DNA from: an uncultured Actinomycetota bacterium
GTDB lineage: Bacteria; Actinomycetota; Actinomycetes; JAHEKZ01
DNA: 64,000 nt
Direction of reading: 5' to 3'
NCBI GenBank assembly: GCA_963848085.1
Contig: CAWKCE010000005.1
Coordinates: 303,667 to 367,666 of the forward strand
Below the pieces are notes generated by a model. It was not told the origin of the DNA, did not search any database, and was given only the letters and a program-made list of their open reading frames with translations. Made by a program: the position numbers and the translations under genes. Position 1 is the stretch's first letter. Each line of letters starts with the position of its first letter. Of this stretch, positions 49,533 through 58,875 are shown piece by piece.

Positions 49533-50368
49533 GCGGCCCCGAGCTGGTGAGATTCGTCGCCCTCGGAGACTCCTTCACCGAGGGGATGTGCGACGAGCCG
49601 GACCCCACTGGGCGCTACCTCGGGTGGGCCGACCGGGTCGCCGCCGCGCTTGCCCGGTGCGAGCCCACGTTCACCTACGCCAACCTGGCGGTGCGGGGGA
49701 AGCTGCTCGACCAGACCACCGTGGAGCAGCTCCCGGTCGCGCTGGACCTGCTCGACGACCCCGGCCGCACCCTGGTGTCCTTCCACGCCGGGCCCAACGA
49801 CGTCCTGCGCCCCCGGACCGACTTCGCCGGCTTGCTCGCGCGCTACGACCGAGCCGTCCACCTGCTGCGACGAAGGGGCGCTCGGGTGCTGCTGTTCACC
49901 GCGATCCCTCGGGCCGGCGGCCAGGGCCGCACCTCCGACCGGCTCGCCGCCCGGTTCGAGCGCTTCAACGACGGCGTCCGCACCACCGCCGCCCGACACG
50001 GCACCCACCTCCAGGACAACGGCGTGGTGGACGCGTTCCATGACCGTCGGCTGTGGGCCCAGGACCGGCTCCACCTGGCGGCGGAGGGCCACCGCCGCGT
50101 CGCCGCCGGAGTCCTGGAGCAGCTCGGCGTGGCCGACCCCACCCTGCTGGGTGGGCCGCCAGGCTGGTGGCGCGAGGCGCTCCCACCGCAGCCCCCTCTG
50201 CCACCCCGGCACGCCCTCACCGAGGACGTGCGCTGGCTGACCGGCCACCTCGCCCCGTGGGTGGGTCGGCGGCTGCGCGGGATCTCCAGTGGCGACGGCG
50301 TCACCCCGAAGCGGCCGACGCCGACCCCGGTCGACCTGGCTCCTGGCGGCGACGCTGGGGTAGCATAG
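49529..50368 (+). CDS. SGNH/GDSL hydrolase family protein
   Basis: Block I GDSFTEG (catalytic Ser), block III GPND, and DRLHLAAEGH (DxxH catalytic pair). The ATG overlaps the stop of the CoA-transferase gene. Confidence 0.8.
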   Translation: MSGPELVRFVALGDSFTEGMCDEPDPTGRYLGWADRVAAALARCEPTFTYANLAVRGKLLDQTTVEQLPVALDLLDDPGRTLVSFHAGPNDVLRPRTDFAGLLARYDRAVHLLRRRGARVLLFTAIPRAGGQGRTSDRLAARFERFNDGVRTTAARHGTHLQDNGVVDAFHDRRLWAQDRLHLAAEGHRRVAAGVLEQLGVADPTLLGGPPGWWREALPPQPPLPPRHALTEDVRWLTGHLAPWVGRRLRGISSGDGVTPKRPTPTPVDLAPGGDAGVA

Positions 50369-50375
50369 GTATGTT

Positions 50376-50395
50376 GACTGACTGACCAGTCAGTC
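50376..50395. promoter_or_regulatory. Perfect inverted repeat GACTGACTG-ac-CAGTCAGTC (9-nt arms) overlapping the ribosome-binding site / 5' end of the Rieske oxygenase gene
   Basis: Seen directly in the sequence 16 nt upstream of the ATG at 50411. Operator-like dyad symmetry. Confidence 0.55.
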
Positions 50396-50410
50396 GGAGA
50401 GGGCAGCACC

Positions 50411-51514
50411 ATGTCGAGCAGTGCCCGCCAGACCCTCCCCGGGACCGACTACCACGCCCCCGAGGTGTACCGGGTCGAGCAGGAACGGATCTTCTTCACC
50501 ACCTGGATGTACGCCGGACGCGTCGACCAGGTCGCCGAACCGGGGCAGTTCTTCACGGTAGACATCGCCGGCGAGGGCGTGATCGTCACCCGAAACACAG
50601 ACGGGGGCCTCCGTGCCTTCTACAACGTGTGCCGACACCGTGGCTCTGTCCTGTGCGAGGAGCCTCGCGGGCAGACCAAGGCGGTCTTCCAGTGCCCCTA
50701 CCACGCCTGGTGCTACGACCTGGACGGTGCGCTCGTGGCTACCCCGCGCGTGGGGAAGGACGAGGTCGAGCGGTCCGAGCTGTCATTGAAGGCGGTGCAC
50801 GTCGACGAGTGGCAGGGGTTTGTCTTCGTGAACCTGAGCCGCCGGGAGCCGGCGGCGCTGCTGCCGACGCTGGACGCCCACTACGACAGCCCCCTGCGCT
50901 TCGACGACTTCGGCCTGGGCGTCCTTCGCACCGGGTTCCGCTCCGAGAGCGTGGTCGCGGCCAACTGGAAGATCCTGGTCGAGAACTACAACGAGTGCCT
51001 GCACTGCCCGATCGTCCACCCGGAGCTTGTCGAGGCGATCCCCGCCTACAAGAAGGGCATGGTGTTCGACCCGGACCGCCCCGACGGCGGCGTGGCGATC
51101 GTGACCGGTGGCAACACCTACTCCAACGACCCGCGGGCCCGCCGCACCCTCCTGCCGAACATGACCGAGGAGCAGGCCGCGTCCATCTACGGCGCCCAGG
51201 TGTTCCCCACCATGTTCTTGGACATCGCCGGGAGCAACGCGGTCGTGACGCGCCTGTCACCCGAGGGACCGCGCAGCACGCGCGTCTTCAGTGAGTACTT
51301 GTTCATGCCTGAGGAGATTGACTCCCCTGACTTCGACCCCAAACCGGTGGTGGACTTCTGCGAGCTGGTGGCACACCAGGACTACGTCGTCAGCGAGCGC
51401 GTCCAGAAGGGTGTCGAGTCACGCAGCTTCACGCACGGCGTCTACCCGGAGAAGGACGAGTACGTCCATCAGTTCAACGAGTACTACCGCCAGGTGCGCG
51501 GCCCCGTCGCGTGA
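50411..51514 (+). CDS. Rieske [2Fe-2S] aromatic-ring-hydroxylating oxygenase, alpha subunit
   Basis: Rieske motif CRHRG...CPYHAW (CxH-x18-CxxH), and a mononuclear iron site (NYNECLHCPIVHPE ... D). No beta subunit or reductase gene is adjacent. Confidence 0.85.
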   Translation: MSSSARQTLPGTDYHAPEVYRVEQERIFFTTWMYAGRVDQVAEPGQFFTVDIAGEGVIVTRNTDGGLRAFYNVCRHRGSVLCEEPRGQTKAVFQCPYHAWCYDLDGALVATPRVGKDEVERSELSLKAVHVDEWQGFVFVNLSRREPAALLPTLDAHYDSPLRFDDFGLGVLRTGFRSESVVAANWKILVENYNECLHCPIVHPELVEAIPAYKKGMVFDPDRPDGGVAIVTGGNTYSNDPRARRTLLPNMTEEQAASIYGAQVFPTMFLDIAGSNAVVTRLSPEGPRSTRVFSEYLFMPEEIDSPDFDPKPVVDFCELVAHQDYVVSERVQKGVESRSFTHGVYPEKDEYVHQFNEYYRQVRGPVA

Positions 51515-51536
51515 ACTGATCGCGTCCTGACAGCGG

Positions 51537-52193
51537 CTACGACGCCGGCCGTAGTCGAGCCGCGTACTTCCGCCAGCTTCGCTGGCCGAGCAGACGCCAC
51601 AGGACCTTCACCGGAGGTGGCACCTCCGACAGCATGTAGCGGCGGTCGTTGTCCGACAGCGGCTCCAACAGCATGCCGAAGGCGACGAACATCTTGTCCT
51701 TGGGGATCCCCGCACGAGAGTGAGCACCGATCGCGTTCCACTCCTCCTGCGTCAGGGTCTTGGCAGCCAGCGGAACCACCAACGTCTCCTCGTCGTCCAG
51801 GTGCTCCTGCAGGGCGACGTTGAGTGCCAGCAGCGAGTCTGCAAGCTCGTCCCGCTGCGGAGTCTCAGGCGTCCGACGCCAGGCGTCGTTCGCCTTGCCG
51901 GCGCGCTCGACGGCGGAGGCCACGCCGAGGTGCTGGTCCGCGACCCGCTGCACCGTCGCCGCCTCCTGTGGTGCCCGCTCCAGCAGCTTCGGCCACAGCA
52001 GCGCGTCCTCACTCTCGTGATGATGGTGCAGAAGCAGCAGCCCGAAATCGATGTGGTCGGCCAGGAAGGTGACTCGGTCTGGCGTCGGGTCCGTCTCGGC
52101 GCGCACCAATCGTGCTGACTCGTCGTAGGCGGCACGGAACGTCCGGTGCACAATCGCCATGTCGCGAACCTCGATGACGGCCGCGTCAGTCAT
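51537..52193 (-). CDS. Hemerythrin/HHE cation-binding domain protein
   Basis: H...HHxxE (LLLLHHHHESEDALLWP) and downstream H/E ligands (DQHLGVASAVERAG, LQEHLDDEE). The start is probably the internal Met (MTDAAVIEVRD). Confidence 0.7.
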   Translation of the reverse strand: MTDAAVIEVRDMAIVHRTFRAAYDESARLVRAETDPTPDRVTFLADHIDFGLLLLHHHHESEDALLWPKLLERAPQEAATVQRVADQHLGVASAVERAGKANDAWRRTPETPQRDELADSLLALNVALQEHLDDEETLVVPLAAKTLTQEEWNAIGAHSRAGIPKDKMFVAFGMLLEPLSDNDRRYMLSEVPPPVKVLWRLLGQRSWRKYAARLRPAS

Positions 52194-52282
52194 GGGGGAG
52201 CCTCCCGTGCCGTTTCGCAGTGCAGTCAACCCGACGGGCTCGGTTCTACACCCAGGCTTGGGCTTTCGTCAGCAGGTTGTCC

Positions 52283-53095
52283 CTACTCCGCACTCAGGTA
52301 CAAGCCAGCCGGGCCGTTGACCAGGCTGAGCTGGTCACCGTCGATGGAGAAGACGACAGCGCCGTCGAGAACACTGATGAGCGCCGCTTCTACGTCACCG
52401 CGCGGTCCGGGGCACGCCATCTTGGTCGACGTCAGCCCGGACACCACGATGCGCTCGGCCCCGACGGTGTAGCTGCCGTGGATTCGGTTGCAGCCCACAT
52501 CCGCTGACAGGACGCCGGCGTCAAACGTCACGGTGGCCGTCACGTCGGCCGGGATGCTCGAAACGGCTCCGGTCTCGCCGCTTCCGGACAAGATCCCGGT
52601 GAGCGTCCACTCGGTCCCTTCCAGCGCACGGTCGGGGTTCACCGTCTTCTCGTCCACCATCGCCAGGGAGTAGTCCGCGCTGGTGACCGACAACCGGTCC
52701 CCCACGAGACCGAGAGCCGGGCCCGAGGACAGCACCTCAGCCAGCCAGGCGTCCTGGTCCATCCGCGGTTGCGGACACCCCATCTCCGTCATCGACAACC
52801 CACCGTCGAGCACCAACTGGTTGCCGTCGAGGTGCGCCTCGCCGCCCATCGTGTTGCATCCGGCCCGGGCCGAGATGCCGTCGGCACCGAACGACATCCA
52901 CACGACCGAGTCCGCCGCCAGCGGATACGGGTCACTGCCGGCGAGGACCTGGGTGGACACGAACGAGCGACCGGACAGCGTGCCCCATTCGAGGCCGCCG
53001 CTACCCGGAGACGCGGCTGGCGAGTTTCCGCAGCCGGCCAGCAGCAACGCCACCGCTCCCAGGACCGCCACCGAAGCCATCCGCATGTGGGTCAT
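52283..53095 (-). CDS. META-domain (DUF306/HslJ-like) lipoprotein, tandem META domains
   Basis: Lipoprotein signal VLGAVALLLAGCG, and two repeats of the META pattern (GCN..G....D...L.....MT.M.C, ... GCNRIHGSYTV). Confidence 0.7.
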   Translation of the reverse strand: MTHMRMASVAVLGAVALLLAGCGNSPAASPGSGGLEWGTLSGRSFVSTQVLAGSDPYPLAADSVVWMSFGADGISARAGCNTMGGEAHLDGNQLVLDGGLSMTEMGCPQPRMDQDAWLAEVLSSGPALGLVGDRLSVTSADYSLAMVDEKTVNPDRALEGTEWTLTGILSGSGETGAVSSIPADVTATVTFDAGVLSADVGCNRIHGSYTVGAERIVVSGLTSTKMACPGPRGDVEAALISVLDGAVVFSIDGDQLSLVNGPAGLYLSAE

Positions 53096-53107
53096 GTGCG
53101 TGGGACG

Positions 53108-53536
53108 TCAAGCAGCCGCTCGGGGTTCCGCAGGGCGTCGCGGACGGCCCGATCGGAGCACCGCGCAGATCATGGGGATCTGCAGCGGGACGCGGCCCCA
53201 GGCCAGCACGCGGAGCCAGGTACTCGCCCGCGCGCTGTTCTGGAGGCGCAGGGCGAGGTACCAGTTGCCCGGCCAGACCATGAGGAGCAGCAGCGCGGAT
53301 GCCCGTGCCGCCCACGCCCGCCGAGCCACCAGGCCACCTGCGCACACGAGCTCGGCAACGCCGCTGACAGCGATGACCTGGCCCCGGAAAGGAAGGGAGT
53401 GAGGGACCAGGCGGTCGAATGCGGCAGGACGGACAAGGTGCGCAACACCGCTGACCGCGAACGCTGCCGCAACGCCGCGAGCACCCCACGTGAGTCGGGT
53501 GTGACCCGGACCTTCCCGCGCATCTGGACCGCTCAT
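53108..53536 (-). CDS. DoxX family membrane protein
   Basis: ~140 aa with 3-4 TM helices (GARGVAAAFAVSGVAHLVRPAAFDRLVPH..., GQVIAVSGVAELVCAGGLV, ALLLLMVWPGNWYLALRL). The N-terminal 69 aa of the track ORF look like an Arg-rich artefact, so I trimmed them. Confidence 0.6.
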   Translation of the reverse strand: MSGPDAREGPGHTRLTWGARGVAAAFAVSGVAHLVRPAAFDRLVPHSLPFRGQVIAVSGVAELVCAGGLVARRAWAARASALLLLMVWPGNWYLALRLQNSARASTWLRVLAWGRVPLQIPMICAVLRSGRPRRPAEPRAAA

Positions 53537-53613
53537 GCCGTCAGACTGCCCGATCCGACACCCGCACTGCGAACCCATGCCAGGCTGGTGCCAGCCGATC
53601 GAGGAGAACTCAC

Positions 53614-54717
53614 GTGGCCGAGTCAGGCTCCATCCGTTCCGTGTTGTACGAGGTGCAGCGCCGCCAGGGAGGGACGTTCGACGACTTCGACGGGTGGACC
53701 TGGACCCTCGACCTCGGGGACACCCTGGGCGAGTACGAGGCAATGCGCAGCGGCGCGGCGATGTGGGACGTCTACGCCCTGGCCAAGTGGGAGGTCACTG
53801 GCCCGGACGCCCGGACAGCGATCCAGCGGCTGTTCACCAACGACCTGTCCACGCAGTCGGTCGGTCAGGTGAAGTACGGAGCGTTCGTCGACGAGAACGG
53901 CGCGATGGTCGACGACGGCACCGTCTACCGCCTGGCCGACGACCGGTACTTCGTCTTCACGAACCGCCATGAACTCGAAACTGAGCTGGCAACGCATTCT
54001 CCGGACGCGTCGGTGCGTGCGGTCGACCGCACGCACGACATGCCCCTGGTGTCCGTGCAGGGCCCGCGCTCGCGCGAGATCCTGCAGACCCTCACCACGA
54101 CCGACCTCGGTGGGCTCGCCTACTTCCGGTTCCTCCCCCACCGGGTCGACGTCGCCGGCGTCCCAGTGTGGGTGTCGCGCACCGGGTTCTCCGGCGAGCT
54201 GGGATTCGAGCTCATCCCGGACCGGGGCGACGCGGAGCCCCTGTGGACGACCCTCGCCGCGGCCGGCGTGAGGCCGATCGGGTTCAACGCCGTCGAGATC
54301 GCGCGCATCGAAGTCGGCCTCGTGGTGCACGACTTCGACTATTCGGTGGGCCAGCGGACCCCCTTCGACATCGGGCTGGACCGAGTCGTCGCGCTGTCGT
54401 CGGGCGCGGACTACGTCGGCAAGGACGCGCTCGCTGACATCGCCGAGCACCCTCCGAACCGGTTCCGCACTCTCCGCATTGACGGCGCAGCAGCCCCCGA
54501 GTACGGCAGCGACGTGAGACAGGACGGTTCCGTGGTCGGCACCCTGACCAGCCCGACCATCAGCCCGCGCTACGGAACCATCGGGCTCGCCGTGCTGCGC
54601 GCCGACGTCGCCGAGAGGGGCAACGAGGTGACCGTCACCGTGGGTGACGAGCAGCTGCGGGCGGTCGTCGAACCGTTGTCCATCCACGACCCCGACAAAC
54701 GTCGCCCGCGCGCCTGA
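53614..54717 (+). CDS. GcvT-family aminomethyltransferase-like folate-binding protein
   Basis: GcvT N-terminal pattern (EYEAMRSGAAMWDVYALAKWEVTGPDARTAIQRLFTNDL), and a C-terminal barrel domain (VVGTLTSPTISPRYGTIGLAVL). Confidence 0.8.
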   Translation: MAESGSIRSVLYEVQRRQGGTFDDFDGWTWTLDLGDTLGEYEAMRSGAAMWDVYALAKWEVTGPDARTAIQRLFTNDLSTQSVGQVKYGAFVDENGAMVDDGTVYRLADDRYFVFTNRHELETELATHSPDASVRAVDRTHDMPLVSVQGPRSREILQTLTTTDLGGLAYFRFLPHRVDVAGVPVWVSRTGFSGELGFELIPDRGDAEPLWTTLAAAGVRPIGFNAVEIARIEVGLVVHDFDYSVGQRTPFDIGLDRVVALSSGADYVGKDALADIAEHPPNRFRTLRIDGAAAPEYGSDVRQDGSVVGTLTSPTISPRYGTIGLAVLRADVAERGNEVTVTVGDEQLRAVVEPLSIHDPDKRRPRA

Positions 54718-54747
54718 GCCTGGCTGCCTGCGGACCTCACCCCTGGC

Positions 54748-56244
54748 TCAGCGCACCGAGAAGGTCACGCTCCCCGCCGACGCGTAGCTGTCGTCTTCCA
54801 GCAGGTGGGCGTCGTAGTCCCCCGCCGGGAGCGGCCGGGTGAAGACGTGCTCACCCGCGACTGAGGCACCGGTGTACGCCCACTGCTTGTAGTACGCCTT
54901 CTTCGGGTCCGCGCCCTTCCGGTAGATCCCGATCCAGTCCCACTTGTTGCCCGGCGCAGCCGTCCACGACACCGTGATCGGGTCGCCACGGCGGTAGGAC
55001 CGACGGTCGGTCTGCACGACGGTCCGACCGTCCGGCCCCGCAAGCCACACCGCTGAGCGCGCGATCTCGGCGCCCTCGCCGTTGAGCAGCACCACGCTGT
55101 AGCCGCCTGGCTCAGCCGCGTCGGTGGGGAGGGCAATCGCGCCGCCGGAAGCGTCCGGCACTGGTACCGCCGAGGCAGCATCGAAAGGCACGTCCACCGA
55201 CGCCAGGCCGACCGACGCCGCATCAGCCGCGTCCGTCAGGTAGCGCACGTCCACCGGATCCCCCGTGGCGACCACCCGCTGCGAGGCAGCGACCACGGGA
55301 CCAGGGACGCCCGGCGTGACCTCGGTCCGGACCACCACCGCGCGGTGGTCGGACGGCCACGGGTCGACCGGGATGTCGACGCCGTCGCCGCCCGGCTCGC
55401 CCACGACCTGCACATCGGTCACCTCGAGCTGTTCACCGGTGAAGACCAGGTCGATCCGGTCAGCCGGCTTGCCGGCCGCTGCCGGGTTGTAGCCCGGGAC
55501 GAAGGGACGGTCGGCCGGCCAGGTGATCCCCGGGTCACTCACCGGGTCCGGGTAGATGGCCCGGTAGGCGTCCACCAGTCCAGCCGCCTCGACGGCCCGG
55601 CTTGCCGGCCACTCCACCGGATACTGGACGTGGGCCCGTTGCCCCACGGTGTCCTCCGTCCAGTCCAGATGCGAGGGCGAGTTGAAGTCACCCAGGACGA
55701 GGACCGGGATGCCCTGGTCGGCAAGCTGCCCGGCGGAGTCCGCGACCGGTGTGACCTCCTCAACGCGTGTCGACTCCCGGTCGAGCACCTCGTCGGAGCC
55801 CAAGCCGGCGACGACAGCATTCGGTCCGTACTTGGACGACGACAAGTGCACGTCGAAGACAGCGACGACGCCCCCCGGGGCAACCTCGACGTAGACAGGT
55901 GACGCGGTGGCACCATCCGGGCTGATCAGCGGGAACCGTGACAACACCTGGGTTCGCGTGTCGTAGTAGTCCCAGCCGAGGTCGGCTGCCAGCTCGGGGA
56001 GCCGGGCGTAGGCCTCCTGGATGGCCACCACGTCGGCGCCAGCATCCTGAATCGCTGTGGAAACGCTGGCGAAGTCGACGCCGGTCCCGCCGTACTCGAT
56101 GTTGAACGACATCACCGACAGGCTCATCGGTTCCGCCGGCGCGGCAGACTCCGAGGTCCCCCCCGCACCGCTGCTGGTACACCCCGCCACGGTGGTGGTG
56201 AGCGACAGGAACAGTACGACGGCGCTTCCGCGCAAGAACACCAT
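54748..56244 (-). CDS. Endonuclease/exonuclease/phosphatase (EEP) family lipoprotein with C-terminal beta-rich domain
   Basis: Lipobox LTTTVAGCTSS. EEP motifs (LSVMSFNIEYGG, VVAIQEA, VLVLGDFNSPSHLDW, PSDHRAVV). Confidence 0.75.
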   Translation of the reverse strand: MVFLRGSAVVLFLSLTTTVAGCTSSGAGGTSESAAPAEPMSLSVMSFNIEYGGTGVDFASVSTAIQDAGADVVAIQEAYARLPELAADLGWDYYDTRTQVLSRFPLISPDGATASPVYVEVAPGGVVAVFDVHLSSSKYGPNAVVAGLGSDEVLDRESTRVEEVTPVADSAGQLADQGIPVLVLGDFNSPSHLDWTEDTVGQRAHVQYPVEWPASRAVEAAGLVDAYRAIYPDPVSDPGITWPADRPFVPGYNPAAAGKPADRIDLVFTGEQLEVTDVQVVGEPGGDGVDIPVDPWPSDHRAVVVRTEVTPGVPGPVVAASQRVVATGDPVDVRYLTDAADAASVGLASVDVPFDAASAVPVPDASGGAIALPTDAAEPGGYSVVLLNGEGAEIARSAVWLAGPDGRTVVQTDRRSYRRGDPITVSWTAAPGNKWDWIGIYRKGADPKKAYYKQWAYTGASVAGEHVFTRPLPAGDYDAHLLEDDSYASAGSVTFSVR

Positions 56245-56276
56245 GCGCGCATCGTGCCGGTTGTGGGGCCTGACGC

Positions 56277-57224
56277 CTAGCCCCTCGACTGCGCGGACAC
56301 ACCCAGTGAATCGACCCGGCTGACCAGGTCACGGCAGAACGGGCCGATCTGCCGGGCGTCGTCGATGAACATCGACGGCTTGAAGCAGATGGTGGTAAAT
56401 CCGAGCTCGAGCTGTCGGGGCAGGTCCTCCAGCGCCCGGCCGAGGTCCGCAAGGTCGTCGGCGCCGTGGAAGGTCCCTCGCACGCCGCCGACGAGCTCCA
56501 GGTCCGACATGTCCCGCCCGGCAGCCGCCATCGCATCGGCCACGACGGACAGGTCATCTGCGGTCAGCGGTCCGAACGGGTTCAGCCCCTGCCCGTAGCG
56601 GACGAGCCTCCGCAGCAGGGGCGGATGCATGCCCTGCCCGCCGAACCAGAGCACCGGCCCCTCCGGGCGCCACGGGCCCGGCTCCAGCCAGACGTCACCG
56701 AACGAGTAGTAGGTGCCCTCGTGACTGGTCGGGAAGGGCCCCCACGCCTTCGACAGGACCTCGAGCTGCTCGTCGAGGATTCGGCCACGCTCGGCGAACT
56801 CCACCCCAAGCGCGTCGTACTCATCGCGATGCCAGCTCACGGTCGGGAGGACCACCAGCCTGCCTTCGCTGAGCAGGTCCAGCGTTGCCAGCTCCTTCGC
56901 CAGAAGCAGCGGGTGGCGCAGCGGAGCGATGATCGCCCCGGCCACGAGCCGCAGGCGGGTCGTGGCCTGCGCGATTGCCGACAGTGCGACGACCGAGCTG
57001 GGCCACGGCGTTGCCGGGTCCTGGTTGCCCGGTGCGGCGTAGTCGCGAGGGTTCCCCATCACACCGCCCTCGCCGGCGGTCGGCCCCAGCACGATGTGCT
57101 CGCTCATCATGACGCCGTCGACCCCGGCCTGCTCGGCCTCCGCCGCAAGGCGAACCAGCCCCCTGACGTCCCGGGCGTCGACGATCGTCTGGTTCTCGGT
57201 GAGAACCAGGAGGAGCTTCACCAC
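56277..57224 (-). CDS. LLM-class (luciferase-like) flavin/F420-dependent oxidoreductase
   Basis: TIM-barrel LLM pattern (VDGVMMSEHIV..., RLRLVAGAIIAPLRHPLLLAKELATLDLLSEGRLVV). Start tentatively at the GTG (VKLLLVLTENQ) to avoid a 62-nt overlap with the upstream permease. Confidence 0.75.
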   Translation of the reverse strand: MVKLLLVLTENQTIVDARDVRGLVRLAAEAEQAGVDGVMMSEHIVLGPTAGEGGVMGNPRDYAAPGNQDPATPWPSSVVALSAIAQATTRLRLVAGAIIAPLRHPLLLAKELATLDLLSEGRLVVLPTVSWHRDEYDALGVEFAERGRILDEQLEVLSKAWGPFPTSHEGTYYSFGDVWLEPGPWRPEGPVLWFGGQGMHPPLLRRLVRYGQGLNPFGPLTADDLSVVADAMAAAGRDMSDLELVGGVRGTFHGADDLADLGRALEDLPRQLELGFTTICFKPSMFIDDARQIGPFCRDLVSRVDSLGVSAQSRG

Positions 57225-57231
57225 CGCGGAG

Positions 57232-58779
57232 TCAGGTGACCAGGTCCTTGACTGCGTCCTCGTTCTCGTCGCTGCGGCGCAGCAGGCCGACAACCCAGCC
57301 GATGACGAACATCGCGAACGGGAACAGGACCAAGAACCAGCCGAGCGTGTTCAGACCCCAGGCCTGGGCGGTCGGGTCGACGTCCGCCTTGACCGTGCCG
57401 GCCAGCAGACCGAACCGCGACATCAGCAGGTACATGCCGACTCCCAGACCGATGATCGCGAGCACGGGGGCGATGATCGTCTGCCAGATCCTGGTGTCCA
57501 GCCTGCTGCGACGGAAGAAGGCAATCACTGCAACCGAGACCAGGATCTCCACGAGGACGATGGCCAGCACGGCCAGTCCGCTGAACCAGAAGAAGAGGTT
57601 GGTGACGGGGTCCTTGTCGGTCACCCAGAAGATCACGATCACGGTGCCTGCGATGACGGACGTGGTGAGCGTCGCCACCAACGGGGCGCCAGCCTTGTTG
57701 ACCCGGTCCAGCGCGGATGGCAGTACGCCAGCGCGACCCATCGAGTAGAAGTAGCGCGCCGCCGAGTTCTGGAAGGCGAGCAGCCCGGCGAACAGGCTGC
57801 TCAGCACCAGCCACTCCATCGTGGTCGACACCAGCGTGCCGGCCCATGCCCCCAGCCAGTCCCCGACGAAGTTGTCGGCGACGGTGAACAACACGGCCGC
57901 CGGGTTGCCGAGGTCGTCTCCGGCAATGGCGACCACCTGGCCGACGACGTCCGCGGAGCCCAAGGCACTGACGATGGCGAAGGTCGACAGGCCGAAGAGC
58001 ACGGTGATCAAGGTGACCGAGACGTAGGTAGCGATGGGGACCGTCCGCTTGGGATCCTTCGACTCCTCGCCGTAGATCGCCGTTGCCTCGAACCCGATGA
58101 ACGAGGCGAACGCGAACGCAAGTGCGATCCCGGCAGACCCGGCGAGGCCACCCACGAACACGTTGCCGGGGGCGAACGAGGCGGCGAAGTCGAACCCGTC
58201 CGGGCCACCGCCGGTGAAGAACACGGCCAGCGCCATGATGAGCAGGCACAGGACCTCGAGGGACATGAAGACACCGAGCACCTTGGCTCCGACGTCGACG
58301 CTGAACAGCGACAGGCCCGTCACGATCGCCCAGGCGAGCAGGCTCCACACGTACCACGGCCAGTCGATGCTGAACTGGTCGTTGAACTGGAAGGTGGCCA
58401 GGCCGCCGAAGAAGCCGTAGATGGCCAGCTGAACGGCGATGTAGGCCACGAGCGACACGAAGGCACTGCCGACGCCTGGGCCGATGCCGAGCCCGCGTCC
58501 CACGTATGCGAAGAAGGCACCGGTGTTCGTGACCTGGTGACTCATGGCGGCGTAGCCGACGCTGAACAGGATCAAGGTGATGCCGACGGCGACGTAGGCA
58601 CCGGGAACGGCGGCCCCGTTGCCCAGCACGATCGCCACCGGGACAGCTCCGGTCATCCCGACCAGGGGTGCGGCGGCAGCGACGACGAAGAACACGATGC
58701 CGACGACACCGAGGCGTCCGTGCCGCAGGCTGGTCTCAGGCGTTTCGGCGGGAGCGGGCTGCAGCTGGTCCATGTGCAT
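57232..58779 (-). CDS. APC-family amino acid permease
   Basis: 12-TM APC fold with a conserved N-terminal GxG-containing TM1 (VGIVFFVVAAAAPLVGMTGAVP). 515 aa. Confidence 0.85.
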   Translation of the reverse strand: MHMDQLQPAPAETPETSLRHGRLGVVGIVFFVVAAAAPLVGMTGAVPVAIVLGNGAAVPGAYVAVGITLILFSVGYAAMSHQVTNTGAFFAYVGRGLGIGPGVGSAFVSLVAYIAVQLAIYGFFGGLATFQFNDQFSIDWPWYVWSLLAWAIVTGLSLFSVDVGAKVLGVFMSLEVLCLLIMALAVFFTGGGPDGFDFAASFAPGNVFVGGLAGSAGIALAFAFASFIGFEATAIYGEESKDPKRTVPIATYVSVTLITVLFGLSTFAIVSALGSADVVGQVVAIAGDDLGNPAAVLFTVADNFVGDWLGAWAGTLVSTTMEWLVLSSLFAGLLAFQNSAARYFYSMGRAGVLPSALDRVNKAGAPLVATLTTSVIAGTVIVIFWVTDKDPVTNLFFWFSGLAVLAIVLVEILVSVAVIAFFRRSRLDTRIWQTIIAPVLAIIGLGVGMYLLMSRFGLLAGTVKADVDPTAQAWGLNTLGWFLVLFPFAMFVIGWVVGLLRRSDENEDAVKDLVT

Positions 58780-58875
58780 CTCCAGAGACGTGGGGTCTGG
58801 TTTCGTACGGCACCGAACGATTCGTAGGCCAGACAGTTCCGGGATTGCGTGGCCCTGTCAAGCGATTCGGACTAA

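Noticed and set aside
47441-49608. Long minus-strand ORFs (422 aa, 406 aa, 237 aa) antisense to the amidase and CoA-transferase genes
   Set aside because: The + strand genes carry an amidase signature and CaiB motifs. The minus frames are Arg/Gly-rich artefacts.
58780-58875. Possible riboswitch or structured leader upstream of the APC permease
   Set aside because: It contains only short CGAA-N3-TTCG dyads. I recognise no riboswitch consensus (glycine, lysine, SAM, TPP), so I left it uncalled.
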